Assembly (NCBI GenBank): GCA_964016885.1 | Contig: OZ024743.1 | Location: 288,424,001-288,488,000 of the forward strand | DNA from: Eledone cirrhosa | Taxonomy: Eukaryota | Length of the DNA: 64,000 nt | Direction of reading: 5' to 3' | Translations under genes and position numbers: made by a program | Notes under the pieces: model-generated | Databases searched by the model: none | What the model saw: the letters and a program-made list of their open reading frames with translations, nothing else | Told to the model about the DNA's origin: nothing | Part shown: positions 28,973 to 42,396 of the stretch, in pieces | Numbering within the stretch: the first letter of the stretch is position 1 | Layout of the letters: each line of letters starts with the position of its first letter

Positions 28973-29124
28973 GACTAGATTAAATTAAACAGTTATTTTC
29001 CAGCCTATATATTCCAGCCTTCATTTTCAAAAAACTATATCTCTCATTCCTTTCTGTCTCTCAGTCTTTCATCTCTCTCTCCACCTCTCTTTCTATCTAT
29101 CTCGCCTCAGTATCGCGAGAAGGT

Positions 29125-29288
29125 CAGATGCCATGCTTTGCAAGCAAAGAGTTACGGCCCTTTATTGTCTGAGTTCAAATCCCACTGAGGTTAACTTTGC
29201 CTTTCATCCTTATGGGGTCGATAAAATAAAGTACCAGTAATGTACTGGGATAATTGTTGGCCTTGTGCCCAAAGTAGAAACAATTATA
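29125..29288 (+). mobile_element. SINE family 1
   Basis: B box gagttcaaatcc, central domain and tail. Confidence 0.88.
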
Positions 29289-29544
29289 TCCTTTATCTCA
29301 CAGTCTCTCAAATTTTATCACTTTCTCATTGGCCACATGCTTATCTAATTCGCTTCTCGATCGTGAGTTTCGAGGTTCGACTCTACCCCGTGGCACCTTG
29401 GAAAAGTGTATTTTCCCATAAATTTATGTCTTCTAAGTGAAAAGTAGTTGACGGAAACTGTTTGGAATCCGTTGCATGAACTATATCTCTAATTCGATGG
29501 TCACACATGAATGTAATATTCTCAGTCACTTATACCATATGCTC

Positions 29545-30320
29545 CTCCGGCTATCAAATAGGAGGTTAAATCTTATTAAATCTTAGCTATGCGGACGATC
29601 TGGCCATCGTGATGTACTCTAGAACTGATCTGCAAATCTTTCTGAATATACTGAATATACCACACATGCACTAGAGATTGTCTTTCACAACATTTCCAAA
29701 GTGAAGTATATTTCAACTGATAAAAACAATGCCAATCTCCAACTCACAATCTACAACCAGTAAATTGCTCAAGTTACGGAGTTTGTATATCTCGGTTACA
29801 TGCTATCATCAAACAACAATGAAATGGTCGCTGTGCAGTATCGTATCGCTGTGGGTTAGAAAGAAGTGCTAACAAAAAAACGAGTTTCTTATTGTGTAAA
29901 GGCTAAGATCTTTGACGTTTACATTATACCAGTTGTGTTATGTGGTCTTGATTGTATGAGTTGGACAAGGTCACTTCAGAAGCTCTCTACATTCCAGAAC
30001 CACATCATCAGACTTATGACTATCAATGAGCTACTCAACATTACCAAGCTTAAACCAATCACGTCAGTTATCCAGTCTAGAGTAATTAAACTGTATGGTC
30101 ATATCAAAAGTTCAAATCGCGGCGTGAGTAAGTTATGTCCAGAAGGAAAGTTAGCAGGTAAGAGGAGCAGAGGTCGACAGCTAAAAACGCTGGCTTGATA
30201 ATGTCAACTTAGGGACTGGACTTGACCTTTGCTCTTTAAACTCTGCTGTTGCTGATTGAACGTGGTGGAGAGGAATATCACATGTTGATATGCAGTCTAC
30301 AACAGGTGGAGTGAGCGTCT
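29545..30320 (+). pseudogene. Degraded RTE-clade LINE RT/C-terminal fragment
   Basis: LSYADDLAI, QVTEFVYLG, K.KIF..YIIPVVLCG...W, LYGHI and EGKLAGKRSRGRQ, with many stops and frameshifts. Confidence 0.85.
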
Positions 30321-30713
30321 AGGAATATTACAAACAAACACTCATACACAAACTTGGATGATTGCTCATTGCGCTTGCCTTTCCGTTTCCTTCTTTATAC
30401 GAGCTCTATCTTCCTTATATTTTTCCGTTCATATATCTTTACGAGGATTTCATTTCAAATAAGTATCTCCTTCTATAATGTCATTTACTATAAGGCATTT
30501 TATAGATACTGACTACCTGTTTCAATAAGTTAGTAATTGCGAAAGCAATACGTATATTAATAAGTAAAATTTGCACGTGCAAATACAAGCAGATGTATAT
30601 TATATACTGTATTACATTATTATATTATACTATTTTAGGTGGCTTAATACCTTACCCCGTTTACCTTTAAAATCAGCCTTTGAGTACCTTTAGCAGAGAC
30701 CACTCTGTTGCAA

Positions 30714-30782
<69 letters not shown>

Positions 30783-31599
30783 AATACATATGTAAAGGAA
30801 GAGAGCTTGTAAGAGAGAGGGGAGAAAGAGATTTATACAGTATATATATTTACACAAAAACACACGTGCATATATTAATGTGTTTGTGCGTGTATTGTGT
30901 ATAAAGAGAGGGAGAGTTCGTTTTGTGATTTTAAGTGGTTGAAGTAGGTGGACAGAAAAGCTGATCGGCGGGAGGGGTAAAACAGGTTCATCCTCACACA
31001 CACCCACACACAAACACAGACAGATAGACACACACAAATCTTAACTGTGTTATTGCCTCAACTGTCATTTATTTTATTCTTTGTCTAGCTAGAATCTGAA
31101 GCAACACGTCTTCAATTGAAACTGTAATTTGTGAGTCTTTTATATTTTACAATAGACAAGTTTTCCATGTAGAATTGCTTTGACACTAATCAAGATACAT
31201 GCACACACTTAATACATACATATATACGTACGTAATATGTAATGCGTACGTATGTACGCATGTATGTATGTATATATGTATGTATGTATGATCTGTTTAG
31301 CATACATCACTTGCACTTATACAACGTTGGTAGATCATGAACCATTTGGTTGCAATCACGATCTATCTTTCACACACTCATACTTATCCACCAACATGAA
31401 AAAATCTTGGCAGATATTTGTAGACATTGTTACAAATGCATGTGCGAAACAGACCCCATCAAGTTCTGAGAAGAAAACTAAATGCAGAATCCCACAAAAC
31501 AAAACAAAACAAAAAAAAAAGCTATTATCAGAACAATAAAAAGAAGAAACAATAAAAAAAATCAACAAATTAACATACTGGCAAGAGCAACCACACAGC

Positions 31600-32260
31600 C
31601 GACCGTTATTGCACTGCTCAAATCGAAAAACTATAATCTCCAAAAATGCAGGAAGACCATCATCGATAACTAAAGAATAGCTGAGGAAGAATGGGCCATT
31701 GAGAAAATCAAATTCAACTCTAAAGTGTTTTTTTCGTTTGCGAAGAAACACATGGTGACTGTCTCCACTGTTGGCCCTCTGATTGATGAAAATTGCATTC
31801 TCCTTTTGAAAAAAACTATCCAAAATTGATGTCTCTGGAAAGTTGCCACAATGGATCAACTATTTCCTAAACAGCAGACCCTGTGATGTTGTGGTCGAAG
31901 GAATACAATCAAGCTCAGCCAAATTCAGTCGTGGCATCCAACAGTGATCAATGATCTTGTAGTCAACCCACATAGAAGTAGAGTCTAATATAGTCAAATG
32001 CTTGATATATGTTTTTGATTTAACATTATTAATCAGAGGGGTAAGGGCAGTGTGCTTGATTCTTTTCGAGGCCCACTGGACTGGTGGGGGGGAAGAAAGT
32101 ATCCTTATATCGGAGGTCTGATGTCTTTTCAGTATACAGCTGGTAAGTATTTTAGCGCCATATATGAGTCGAAAGTAAACGTGGATATTGGGACATTGGT
32201 ATGTATTTAAACTCAATGTAAAGAGATATAACTAAACAGTCAAGTGAGGAAGCAAATTAG
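31600..32260 (+). pseudogene. Heavily degraded CR1/L2-like LINE ORF2 fragment
   Basis: AIEKIKFNSKVFF..TVGPLIDEN and GKLPQWINYFLNSR..VVVEG resemble CR1-type RT segments. Confidence 0.6.
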
Positions 32261-32505
32261 GAAGAGAAATCTGCGGAAATGTACTTGCAGATGCTGATCT
32301 TTTGACACACAGAAAAACACACGCACAGCCACACGAATCCTTTTCCTCGCTCGTCTTATTTCATTCTGTCACATGCGCACACATACACATAATCACATTC
32401 TCTCTCAATCTCTCACCTCTCACACACATGCACATACACACACATATAAACACATATACAATTAAATATATATATATATATACTAACACATATAGACACA
32501 CACAA

Positions 32506-32585
<80 letters not shown>

Positions 32586-32756
32586 TGTGTGTATATATAC
32601 CGTGTACATACATACACTTTAGACTTCACACATGCATGAATCAAGCTGGAACCAGATTTAGCACAAGACAAATAGTCATTGATAATTATCTCTGACTGAT
32701 AATCTGTTGAGATGAGAATTTTAAGTGGGAGACCTAAATGGTAAGGGGGAGAAGTG

Positions 32757-33171
32757 GTGTGTGTAGTAGTAGTAGTAGTAGTATTGGTTCTGGTAGTGCT
32801 GTAGGTGGTGGTGGTGGTGGTGATAGTTGTTGTAGTAGTAGTAGTGATGGTGGTGATAGTAGTAGTAGTAGTATTGGTACTGGTAGTGGTGTAGGTGGTG
32901 GTGGTGGTGGTGATAGTTGTTGTAGTAGTAGTAGTAGTGATGGTGGTGATAGTAGTAGTAGTAGTATTGGTACTGGTAGTGGTGTAGGTAGTGGTGGTGG
33001 TGATAGTTGTAGTAGTAGTAGTAGTGTTGGTGGTGATAGTTGTAGTAGTAGTATTGGTACTGGTAGTGCTGTAGGTGGTGGTGGTGGTGATAGTTGTAGT
33101 AGTAGTAGTAGTCTTGGTGGTGATAGTAGTAGTAGTAGTATTGGTACTGGTAGTGGTGTAGGTGGTGGTGA

Positions 33172-33227
<56 letters not shown>

Positions 33228-33342
33228 CTGGTAGTGGTGTAGGTGGTGGTGATAGTTGTAGTAGTAGTAGTAGTAATGGTGGTGGCGATAGTAGTAGTAG
33301 TAGTAGTGGTACTGGTAGTGGTGTAGGTGGTGGTGGTGGTGA

Positions 33343-33377
<35 letters not shown>

Positions 33378-33390
33378 TTGGTGGTGGTGA

Positions 33391-33435
<45 letters not shown>

Positions 33436-33727
33436 TAGTACTGATGGTGGTGATAGTAGTAGTATTGGTACTGGTAGTGGTGTAGGGTAGTGGTGGTGGT
33501 GGTGGTGGTGGTGGCGATAGTAGTAGTAGTACTATTGGTACTGGTAGTGGTGTAGGTGGTGGTGGTGGGGAAAGTTATAGTAGTAGTAGCAATGATGGTG
33601 GTGGTGGTGGTGTTGGTGGTGGTGCTGGTGGTGATGGTGGTAGTAGTAGTAGTAGTAGTTGTGGTACTGGTAGTGGCGTAGGTGGTGGTGCAGGTGGTAG
33701 TAGTAGTAGTAGTAGTAGCAGTAGTAT

Positions 33728-33776
<49 letters not shown>

Positions 33777-33780
33777 TGTT
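32757..33780. repeat. Higher-order (GTA/GGT) minisatellite
   Basis: About 10 repeats of agtattggtactggtagtggtgtaggtggtggtgatagt separated by variable (GTA)n. Confidence 0.9.
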
Positions 33781-34241
33781 GTCACTATTGTTATAGATGT
33801 GCTGTTGTATTTACTGTAATCTTCACCGTTCGTTCCTTCCCCACCACCTCCTCTGCCACTCCATCTGCTACCTTATATTAGATACATTCCTACACATGTA
33901 ACAACTCTTTCACATACACATGATTCCATTTTCAATCTTTGGCCGATTCATTTATCTTTATTTTACTTTATATAGTTTTTGTTCTTTTTTTTTTGTCTTT
34001 AGCTCTTTCTGTTATTGTTTGTGTTGTTTTTTTATTTTGGGTCGCTTTGTTTTGCCATCCCTCTATAATTGCTGTTGGTTTTCATTCATTTCATTGAGTT
34101 AATTCGTTTTATTATTGATTCTTTCTTCCTTATTTCCTTCTCTTTTTCCTTCTTTATTTTTCTTTCCTTCTTATTTTTCTAATTTTTTTCATTTTTCACA
34201 ATTTTGTATACCGAAAATCGAATATATAATTTGAGCCTAAC

Positions 34242-34309
<68 letters not shown>

Positions 34310-34352
34310 CACTCACTCTCTACCTCTTTTCTCTCTCTCTCTACCCTCTATG

Positions 34353-34402
<50 letters not shown>

Positions 34403-34449
34403 ATTATTGCTACATTCATTCCCCTATATATACATATATATATATAATC

Positions 34450-34650
34450 AGTGTGATTTGATCCAAGCAAAGCAATCGACCAATAAAGGTATAATTAGAC
34501 AAAGTAACTTCAACGTCATGGAAGCCACAAGGAATTACGTAAATGGTATTAGACGGAGTATGAACTTTTGGTGATTTTGAAATGTTCATAACAGGATGAT
34601 GTAATGGAATAGACTGATGCTGAATATATGATACCGTTCTTCTTTCTTTT
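34450..34650 (-). pseudogene. Possible Penelope GIY-YIG remnant between (TA)n tracts
   Basis: SNTIYVIPC......NYTFIG resembles the N.IY.IPC...YIG motif. Confidence 0.45.
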
Positions 34651-34665
34651 TGAACCGTATATATG

Positions 34666-34726
<61 letters not shown>

Positions 34727-34805
34727 TGTGTGTGTGTGCCCCACCCCCAAATGTATACACAAAGACTGCGCATTCAAATAAATATTGCCTGTACAAGTAA
34801 TCAAA

Positions 34806-34869
<64 letters not shown>

Positions 34870-35463
34870 ATGGCAAATCACTGATGAGGTGAGGGACTCA
34901 TTTTATAACATGTAATCCATGTGCAACCATGCAGTATTCTTCTCCCCATATTTTTCACATATATTTACCTAAACTGCGATTCTGTGTTTCTCTCTTTCTC
35001 TCTTACTGCTCCCTCGTTCTCTCTGTTTCTCTTACTTTCTTTCGTCCCCTCTGTCATGTCAGTTAACACTTTCTCTCTATTGACCTCTTCCTCGCACTTC
35101 CACTCACTCACTCTCTGTTTCTCCCCTTCTCACTTCCCCCCGTCCGCTACGAACCCGATTTTCCTTCTTTCTTGCATCGGATTCACTAGCGGAAGGTCTG
35201 TTTCTTACTCGCACATGTATTCACCCAGCTTATACTGACAGAATAACCATGTTGCTTGTGTTTCTTTCTGTCTTCGGTTAGCTTTCCCCTGTATTGTCTC
35301 ACTCGCTTTACGCGTTTCAATTGTCCTAATAACTTATTTTAGTTATTGTCGCACCAACGTGAGGTATATGATTTTTAATGCGATGAAATACCAATGATCG
35401 TTGGCAAATCACTGATGAGGGACTCATTTTATAACATGTAATCCATGTGCAACCATGTTTTTC

Positions 35464-35528
<65 letters not shown>

Positions 35529-35638
35529 ATATATATATATGGTTGTGTGTGTAAAATGTAAACAGAAATAACAACATAAATGGTACAATATATGGAAGGA
35601 ACATTAATTTAACGCTTGAAATAGCAGGATGAGGGTCG

Positions 35639-35667
35639 TAACGTTTCGGACGTTAGTCCTTCGTCTG
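35639..35667 (-). ncRNA. Hammerhead core, family D (one core mutation)
   Basis: CAGACGA-A-GGAC-taac-GTCC-GAAACGTTA. Confidence 0.55.
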
Positions 35668-36154
35668 AAGAAGGAATAAGAAATTAGAAGAATTTAAGGG
35701 ACAGGCAGGGTGGGAGGTTAGTATATTGGTGAGTGAAGGGATAAATTTACAAATGGTAAAATACACGTTCATTCACCCAACCAACCAAACAACCAACCAA
35801 CCAACCAATCTACCAACATATTTTGAATGACCTTCAAGAAGTAATTACCGATAAGCAACGATTTTGTTTTATCATTCATCCCGTCTCTCAACAATACACT
35901 AACTGTAACCATATTTTAACACCCTTAAAAAAATAGTGACATGCGCGGCTTAAAGAACGTTTAATATTTCTTCTCGACTAAGAATTTAAATCTATAACAT
36001 TCAGCTCTCTATTATCAATATACTGTGGGCTCAACATTAAATCGGTTAACATATATTCCAGGCGTTCATTTAACGAGACACGCCACAATGTAAATGCTCG
36101 CCCTAATTGCACACGCACACGCCTCACGAAAAATACATACACACATCGACATAT

Positions 36155-36209
<55 letters not shown>

Positions 36210-36246
36210 CATGAATATGTATAAATGTGTATAAATACCTATGTAC

Positions 36247-36327
<81 letters not shown>

Positions 36328-36857
36328 AACGTATGGATGTACAAGACACCTATGGAATGTCAGAGAGACATGACTGTACGGTGGTAAAATTGATACAGGA
36401 AATCTCTTATAATTAAATACATTTTATGCCATACAGCAGCGTTACTGCTGAGGCAATAGTAACAACAACACCAGTAATATTATTAGTAGTAGTAGTAATA
36501 GTATCGGTAGTAGTAGTTGTTGTTGTTGTTGTTGTTGTTGTGGTTGTTGTTGTTATTGGCGGTGGTGGTAGATGCGGTGTTGGTGGTTTCGGTTGTAAGT
36601 AAAGTTAGGAGGGTGAGTCAAGCTTCGTATACTGTCTGTCTCTCATGTTGATGTCTAGGCCTGATTAGAATGTAAGTCCCACCCCACCTAACCCCACACC
36701 GCATGTCATTAGCTTCTTCGTTCTTTCGTTCGTTTTCGCTGTCTTTCATTATATTTTTTTCTTAATTTTGAAGGGTGCCATTTAGACATAGGAGACAGCG
36801 CGTAGGGTAGATTACGAACACACACACATATATACAGAGTCTCTCTCTCTCTCTCTG

Positions 36858-36958
<101 letters not shown>

Positions 36959-37043
36959 GTATATATATGTATATATAGATCTGTGTGTATATACATACAT
37001 ATTTTATATATGTATATATGTATATATACACGCACACACACAC

Positions 37044-37102
<59 letters not shown>

Positions 37103-37268
37103 CATATATATATCATTCTGTATGTATGCGAGAAGTAAATAGAAACAACAAAGCAAACAATACGGTACATTGAATGTCACAGACACTCTTTATGTTCAAT
37201 TTTCAAATCGACCTAGGGCTTATTTTTTTTTTTGCAGTTTATCGCTTGATATAGTAGAAAAAGAGTCT

Positions 37269-37297
37269 AAACCTTTCGGATACTAGTCCTTCATCAG
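37269..37297 (-). ncRNA. Hammerhead core, family D
   Basis: CTGATGA-AGGACTAGTATCC-GAAAGGTTT. Confidence 0.55.
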
Positions 37298-37459
37298 AAC
37301 ATAGAATGAGAAATAAAACATGAAATAGAAAGGCAGAGAGTAAAAAACTATTTTCAGTTAGCTATTTGAGAGAATGCAGGTCAGTGGGTATCCTAGATAT
37401 TAGAGAGGTTTTGATATGGAGATAATCCTAGCATATTTTGTGTGTGCGTATATGTGTAT

Positions 37460-37559
<100 letters not shown>

Positions 37560-39154
37560 CGTGTGTGCGTGCGTGTGTGTGCGCGCGTGTGTGTGTGTGT
37601 TGCTTTGTTCGTCTATTTCTAGAAAGCTGTGAATGAATGTGATTTAGACCGTAACCAACTGGCTGCTGTGAGAGTGCAAAGGTATGATTGTGTGTGTGCG
37701 TGTGTTGACCAACACAGGTAGGTATATATGTGAAATTCTGTGTACACATGCGTATATAGCCATACACGTAAAAACAATCGCAAGGTGTTGTAGAGAAAGG
37801 GAGGTGGTAGCGAATATGATCAGACTTGTTTAATTTTATGATATGGCTGTAAGAGAATCTGCTTGACTTCAGGTACGACAATGTGGGATAAGGTTGGCTT
37901 TTTATATTGCAGGCATAGTTCATCCGACTGAACTTCCAAACAGATTGCGTTAAATTATCTTTTCTCATCATGCGCTGATTGACCAGAGGCTATAGAAATA
38001 ACACTTCCCAAAAATGCTATACTGTGGGATCGAACCCAGGAACTTATAATTACAAATTGAAGTTCTTAATCAATTGGCCAACGCAGGTCAAGAGCAAGCG
38101 TTATACACAATTACCAGGTGACACTATAACATATAGCACTAATAACAAAGTATGTACAAAACACAAGTACAACAGAGTAGCATAACTCAAATTGTGCTTA
38201 TCCAGGACAACAGACGAAACATAAGAACAAAACTAGAAATGATGAATCAAATTCAAACAAATTGATGCCGTATACAAACACAATTGTTTCCCCTTAAAAG
38301 ATAATACTGTACAAACCTCAGGAACATAAAGGTTCATTTGTTCATTCAGCATAAAGCTATTGAAAACATGATGATAGTGATGATGATGATGATGATGAGG
38401 AGGAGGATGAGGATGATGGTTTAGATGAAGATGATGATGGTGACCAAGGTGATGATGATGAAGATGGCGATTATGATGTTGATATTAATGACGATGAGGA
38501 GGATGGTAATGGTGCTGGTGAGCTGATGGTGGAGGTAATAATAACGTACACAGGCCTAATGCCACAAATATTTCGAGGAAACATATAGTCGATCTAAGCA
38601 TCTTTCACTCGTGTGTTCTAAGTTTCAAACACAAACCTGTGCCGACTCTGGTTTTTCATCCTTCATGGTCAATTTACACTACCCCCCCCCTCACCACCAC
38701 CACCACAGAAAAGGTGTGTTCTTGTCACATATTATGCCTGTCTTAATATTTTATTTTCTTTCTTTTCCATAATCGATTCTGGGTAAATCTCCCCATCTCT
38801 CCTAACGCACCCCTTCATCCGTCACACTAGTGGCAAATACAATAAATCAGATTATCATTGTTAACACTAGAATCATCATCATCATCATCATCGATGCCAC
38901 CACCAATATCACCACTGTCACCACCATCGCCACCACACTGTAATCATCGCCATTAACACCACCACCACCACCACCATTACCACTGCTATCACACTCGCCA
39001 TCATCGTCAACATTATCATCATCATCATCAACCTCGTCGCCCTCTCTGCTAGCACCATCACTACAACAATCAACGTCCTTCTCCTCCTCCGGCTCATCAC
39101 CCTCAGCATCATAATCGTGATTATAGTCATCATCATCATCATCATCATCGTCAT

Positions 39155-39185
<31 letters not shown>

Positions 39186-39298
39186 AGCAGTATCATCATC
39201 ATCATTATCATCATCAACACCATCATTATCGCCATCCTCATGATCATCAACACCATCATCATCATCGTCATCATCATCAACATCATCATCATCAACAC

Positions 39299-39332
<34 letters not shown>

Positions 39333-39604
39333 TTGATAACGATCACCAGTAGCAGCAGCACCAGCAGCAACTAGTATCATACATGACATCCTGCTGCCTG
39401 CAGACGTCATTAGTGTGAAATGAAGCTTAAATAATAAGTGTTTCACAAGTAAAATGATATTTAAGAATTAAGGAATTGTAAGGGGGTGAGAAGGGAGAAG
39501 TGAGAGGAAAGGATCTGTCGTAAGTGGGAGAGAAATATTTTTGATTGATGTGTTGTGTATCCTCTTCTATAGATTCAAACAACCATATATATACATATAT
39601 ACTG

Positions 39605-39690
<86 letters not shown>

Positions 39691-39777
39691 AGTTATATTT
39701 AATTTGTTGGGATTCAACAAGCTTTAAAAGTTTTATAACTGATATAAAGCACTCAGCAGTTTACTGGAGTAAATATT

Positions 39778-39976
39778 CAATATATTAATAAATGGAAACT
39801 ATCCAGCGAACCTTCAACCGTCAAGCTTGTTTTTCTACGAGTATGTCAACATTTATAAAACATATTTTGTATTTAATCTGATGAAAGCGCACCCAAACTG
39901 CCTTGGTTGCCCTTGAAATATATATAATAAAATAATTATGGTTTTATAAATATAGTTTCCATTTATTAATATATTG
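39778..39976. repeat. Hairpin element with perfect 24 bp inverted ends
   Basis: caatatattaataaatggaaacta / tagtttccatttattaatatattg, plus inner atttataaaac / gttttataaat. Confidence 0.85.
39878..39934 (+). ncRNA. Hammerhead core with long stem II inside a hairpin element
   Basis: CTGATGA-AAGCGCACCCAA-actgcc-TTGGTTGCCCTT-GAAATATATATA-ATAAAATA. Confidence 0.65.
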
Positions 39977-40022
39977 TGTGTGTATATATATATATATATA
40001 TATAGAAGGAGCTTCTACAGGA

Positions 40023-40056
40023 CTAGTACTATTTCATTCAGATGAAATCTTCAGGA
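40023..40056 (-). ncRNA. Hammerhead-like core, family F
   Basis: CTGAAGA-tTTCA-tc-TGAAt-GAAATAGTA. A related copy at about 41017-41060 shares gcttctacaggactag. Confidence 0.45.
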
Positions 40057-40138
40057 AGCGCATGTATTGAGTACCTTACTTACTGTGGTTATCCCCGACT
40101 CAACCCGGGACCAATGTATATATATATATATATATATA

Positions 40139-40423
40139 TATTCATTCAAAGTATTAACAAAAATAGAACTTCATTGTGATCAAGTATATTTTATTATACA
40201 TATTTCAGAGGTACTGAGCTAACTTCAACAGTATGTCCTCATCAGATAAAATAAGATGATGCATGACATACCCTGACAAAGTAGATGGTTAAGATCGAGT
40301 CACTACCGTGACTGGATCTTAACTATCTACTTTGAAGTTAGCTCAGTACCTCTGAAATATGTATAATAAAATATACTAGATCACAATGAAGTTCTATTTT
40401 TTGTTAATACTTTGAATGAATAT
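40139..40423. repeat. ~90 bp inverted arms enclosing a second ~58 bp hairpin
   Basis: Arms 40139-40228 / 40332-40423. Inner caaagtagatggttaagatc.agtcac / gtgact.gatcttaactatctactttg at 40277-40334. Confidence 0.9.
40187..40253 (-). ncRNA. Type-I hammerhead ribozyme with full stem I
   Basis: TATTTTAT-CTGATGA-GGACATACTG..CAGTACCTCT-GAAATATGTATA-ATAAAATA: 8 bp stem I, 8/10 stem II, AUA site. Confidence 0.7.
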
Positions 40424-40535
40424 TAATAACTCCGGAAAACCATTTCTCTTGAGTGCTTCCTATCTATTGTAAAACTAATTCTTTGATTTATTCATCGAAC
40501 CTTGTTTAACCTTTAAATATATATATATATATATA

Positions 40536-40902
40536 AAATATGTAGTTTAGAAAGCCACAACAATGCAGATGGGAAATCTCGAGGTAAGAAGTGAGTGAGA
40601 AATAGGAGAAAAGTGAAAATGAAAATGAAAATAAAACAAAGGTAGAAGGGTTACCGTAGTGGAGATTTAATCCCAATATTTCGGGCTCACGCCCATCAAC
40701 GGAGGAAAGTTCCAAAAGGGGGGGAACAGGCTAAGCCGGAGAAAGTTGTATTGTCGTTAAAACTTAGGAATCTCCACTGCGGTAACCCTTCTACCTTTGT
40801 TTTATTTTCATTTTCATTTTCACTTTTCTCCTATTTCTCACTCACTTCTTACCTCGAGATTTCCCATCTGCATTGTTGTGGCTTTCTAAACTACATATTT
40901 TA
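40536..40902. repeat. ~130 bp near-perfect inverted repeat with ~100 bp spacer
   Basis: Arms 40536-40667 / 40769-40902. The spacer holds a degenerate hammerhead, CCGTTGA-TGGGC-gtga-GCCC-GAAATATT (40702-40675 -). Confidence 0.9.
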
Positions 40903-40939
40903 CACATTTCACAATGCTTCAAGCAAACTTTAACACCTT

Positions 40940-41006
<67 letters not shown>

Positions 41007-41310
41007 CATAGCAATGGCTTCTACAGGACTAGAACTGTTTCATTCGGCAGAAGCCATCAAATATATAGATAGATAGATATATTTAATATGTGGTTTAGTA
41101 GATTCGAGGTTTACTGAGAAAAGTACCGAAATAACCATTCTATGCTATGGCAGAGTGTATATATTAAAAGCAAAACGAGGTTTCACATTAAAGTGTTTAA
41201 TGATTATACGCAGTTACGACCGTTTCACAGATGGTTGGCTCAGGAACCATGTAAAAGCTTTAGACCCGACTCCAGCCCGATCTGCTCGTCAGAGTTGTTA
41301 ATCAAGCAAA

Positions 41311-41398
<88 letters not shown>

Positions 41399-41568
41399 CA
41401 AGATGTATGGTAGGTCGTACGTAAATCGCGATGATCACGCCTGACCTACCATAATGAACTTACAATTACCTGTTATATGCCTAGAAAAGTTCCACCATAT
41501 GGTCGGACGAAACGGCTGTCGGCAATAAACTTGTTATAATGTCATAAAAATTCCTTTGTTCTTTTTCC

Positions 41569-41667
<99 letters not shown>

Positions 41668-41967
41668 ATGTATGTATATATGTATATAGAAATATATATA
41701 CGAGAGTCGCCTAAAAAGATTATATAAATATAATTTTCTTGATTTTTTTTAGTTAATTCTATTGACTGATTAATAGCTCTTGTTAATTTTAAAACCATCG
41801 TCTCAGTGTGTTTGGCCTTTTAACTTATGTTGTAGCTCTAGTTCACTAGCTTCTATGGAGCGCTTGACACACATCTCGGGAGTTGTTTTTCGCTAATTTC
41901 CAATAGCCGATATACGATTCTCGCTTATTTATATTTATATATATATATTTATATATATATATATATA

Positions 41968-42028
<61 letters not shown>

Positions 42029-42032
<4 letters not shown>

Positions 42033-42225
42033 ATAATAATAAAATTGAAGACAAAAATCCAAAGAGGGCTCGATAAGGAAAATATATATCAAATATATAA
42101 GAACCGTAAAGCAAATATTTATTAAAATAACAGATTAAAGTTTAAGCAAAGAATCGCTGCTTTCACCCTTGAAGATCCCGTTAAGGGTGAAAGCAGCGAT
42201 TCTTTGCTTAAACTTTAATCTGTTA

Positions 42226-42233
<8 letters not shown>
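42029..42233. mobile_element. Family C element with perfect ~51 bp inverted arms
   Basis: Arms 42120-42170 / 42183-42233 with a 12 nt loop. The apex reads TTGAAGA-TCCC-gttaa-GGGT-GAAAGC (hammerhead-like). (TA)n flanks. Confidence 0.85.
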
Positions 42234-42261
<28 letters not shown>

Positions 42262-42396
42262 GAAGAGAGAAGAAACATTTAGATATAATTAGTAATAAAA
42301 TGTATCATACCTAAACTGCTCCTAAATTCCTCGACTACGTAGTTTCGTGGCATAAACATGTATATATATATATATATATATATTCGTGGCATAAAC

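Noticed and set aside
32738-33490. Gly/Ser-rich structural protein (suckerin- or silk-like)
   Set aside because: Each amino acid is encoded by essentially one codon (AGT, GGT), which indicates a DNA-level repeat.
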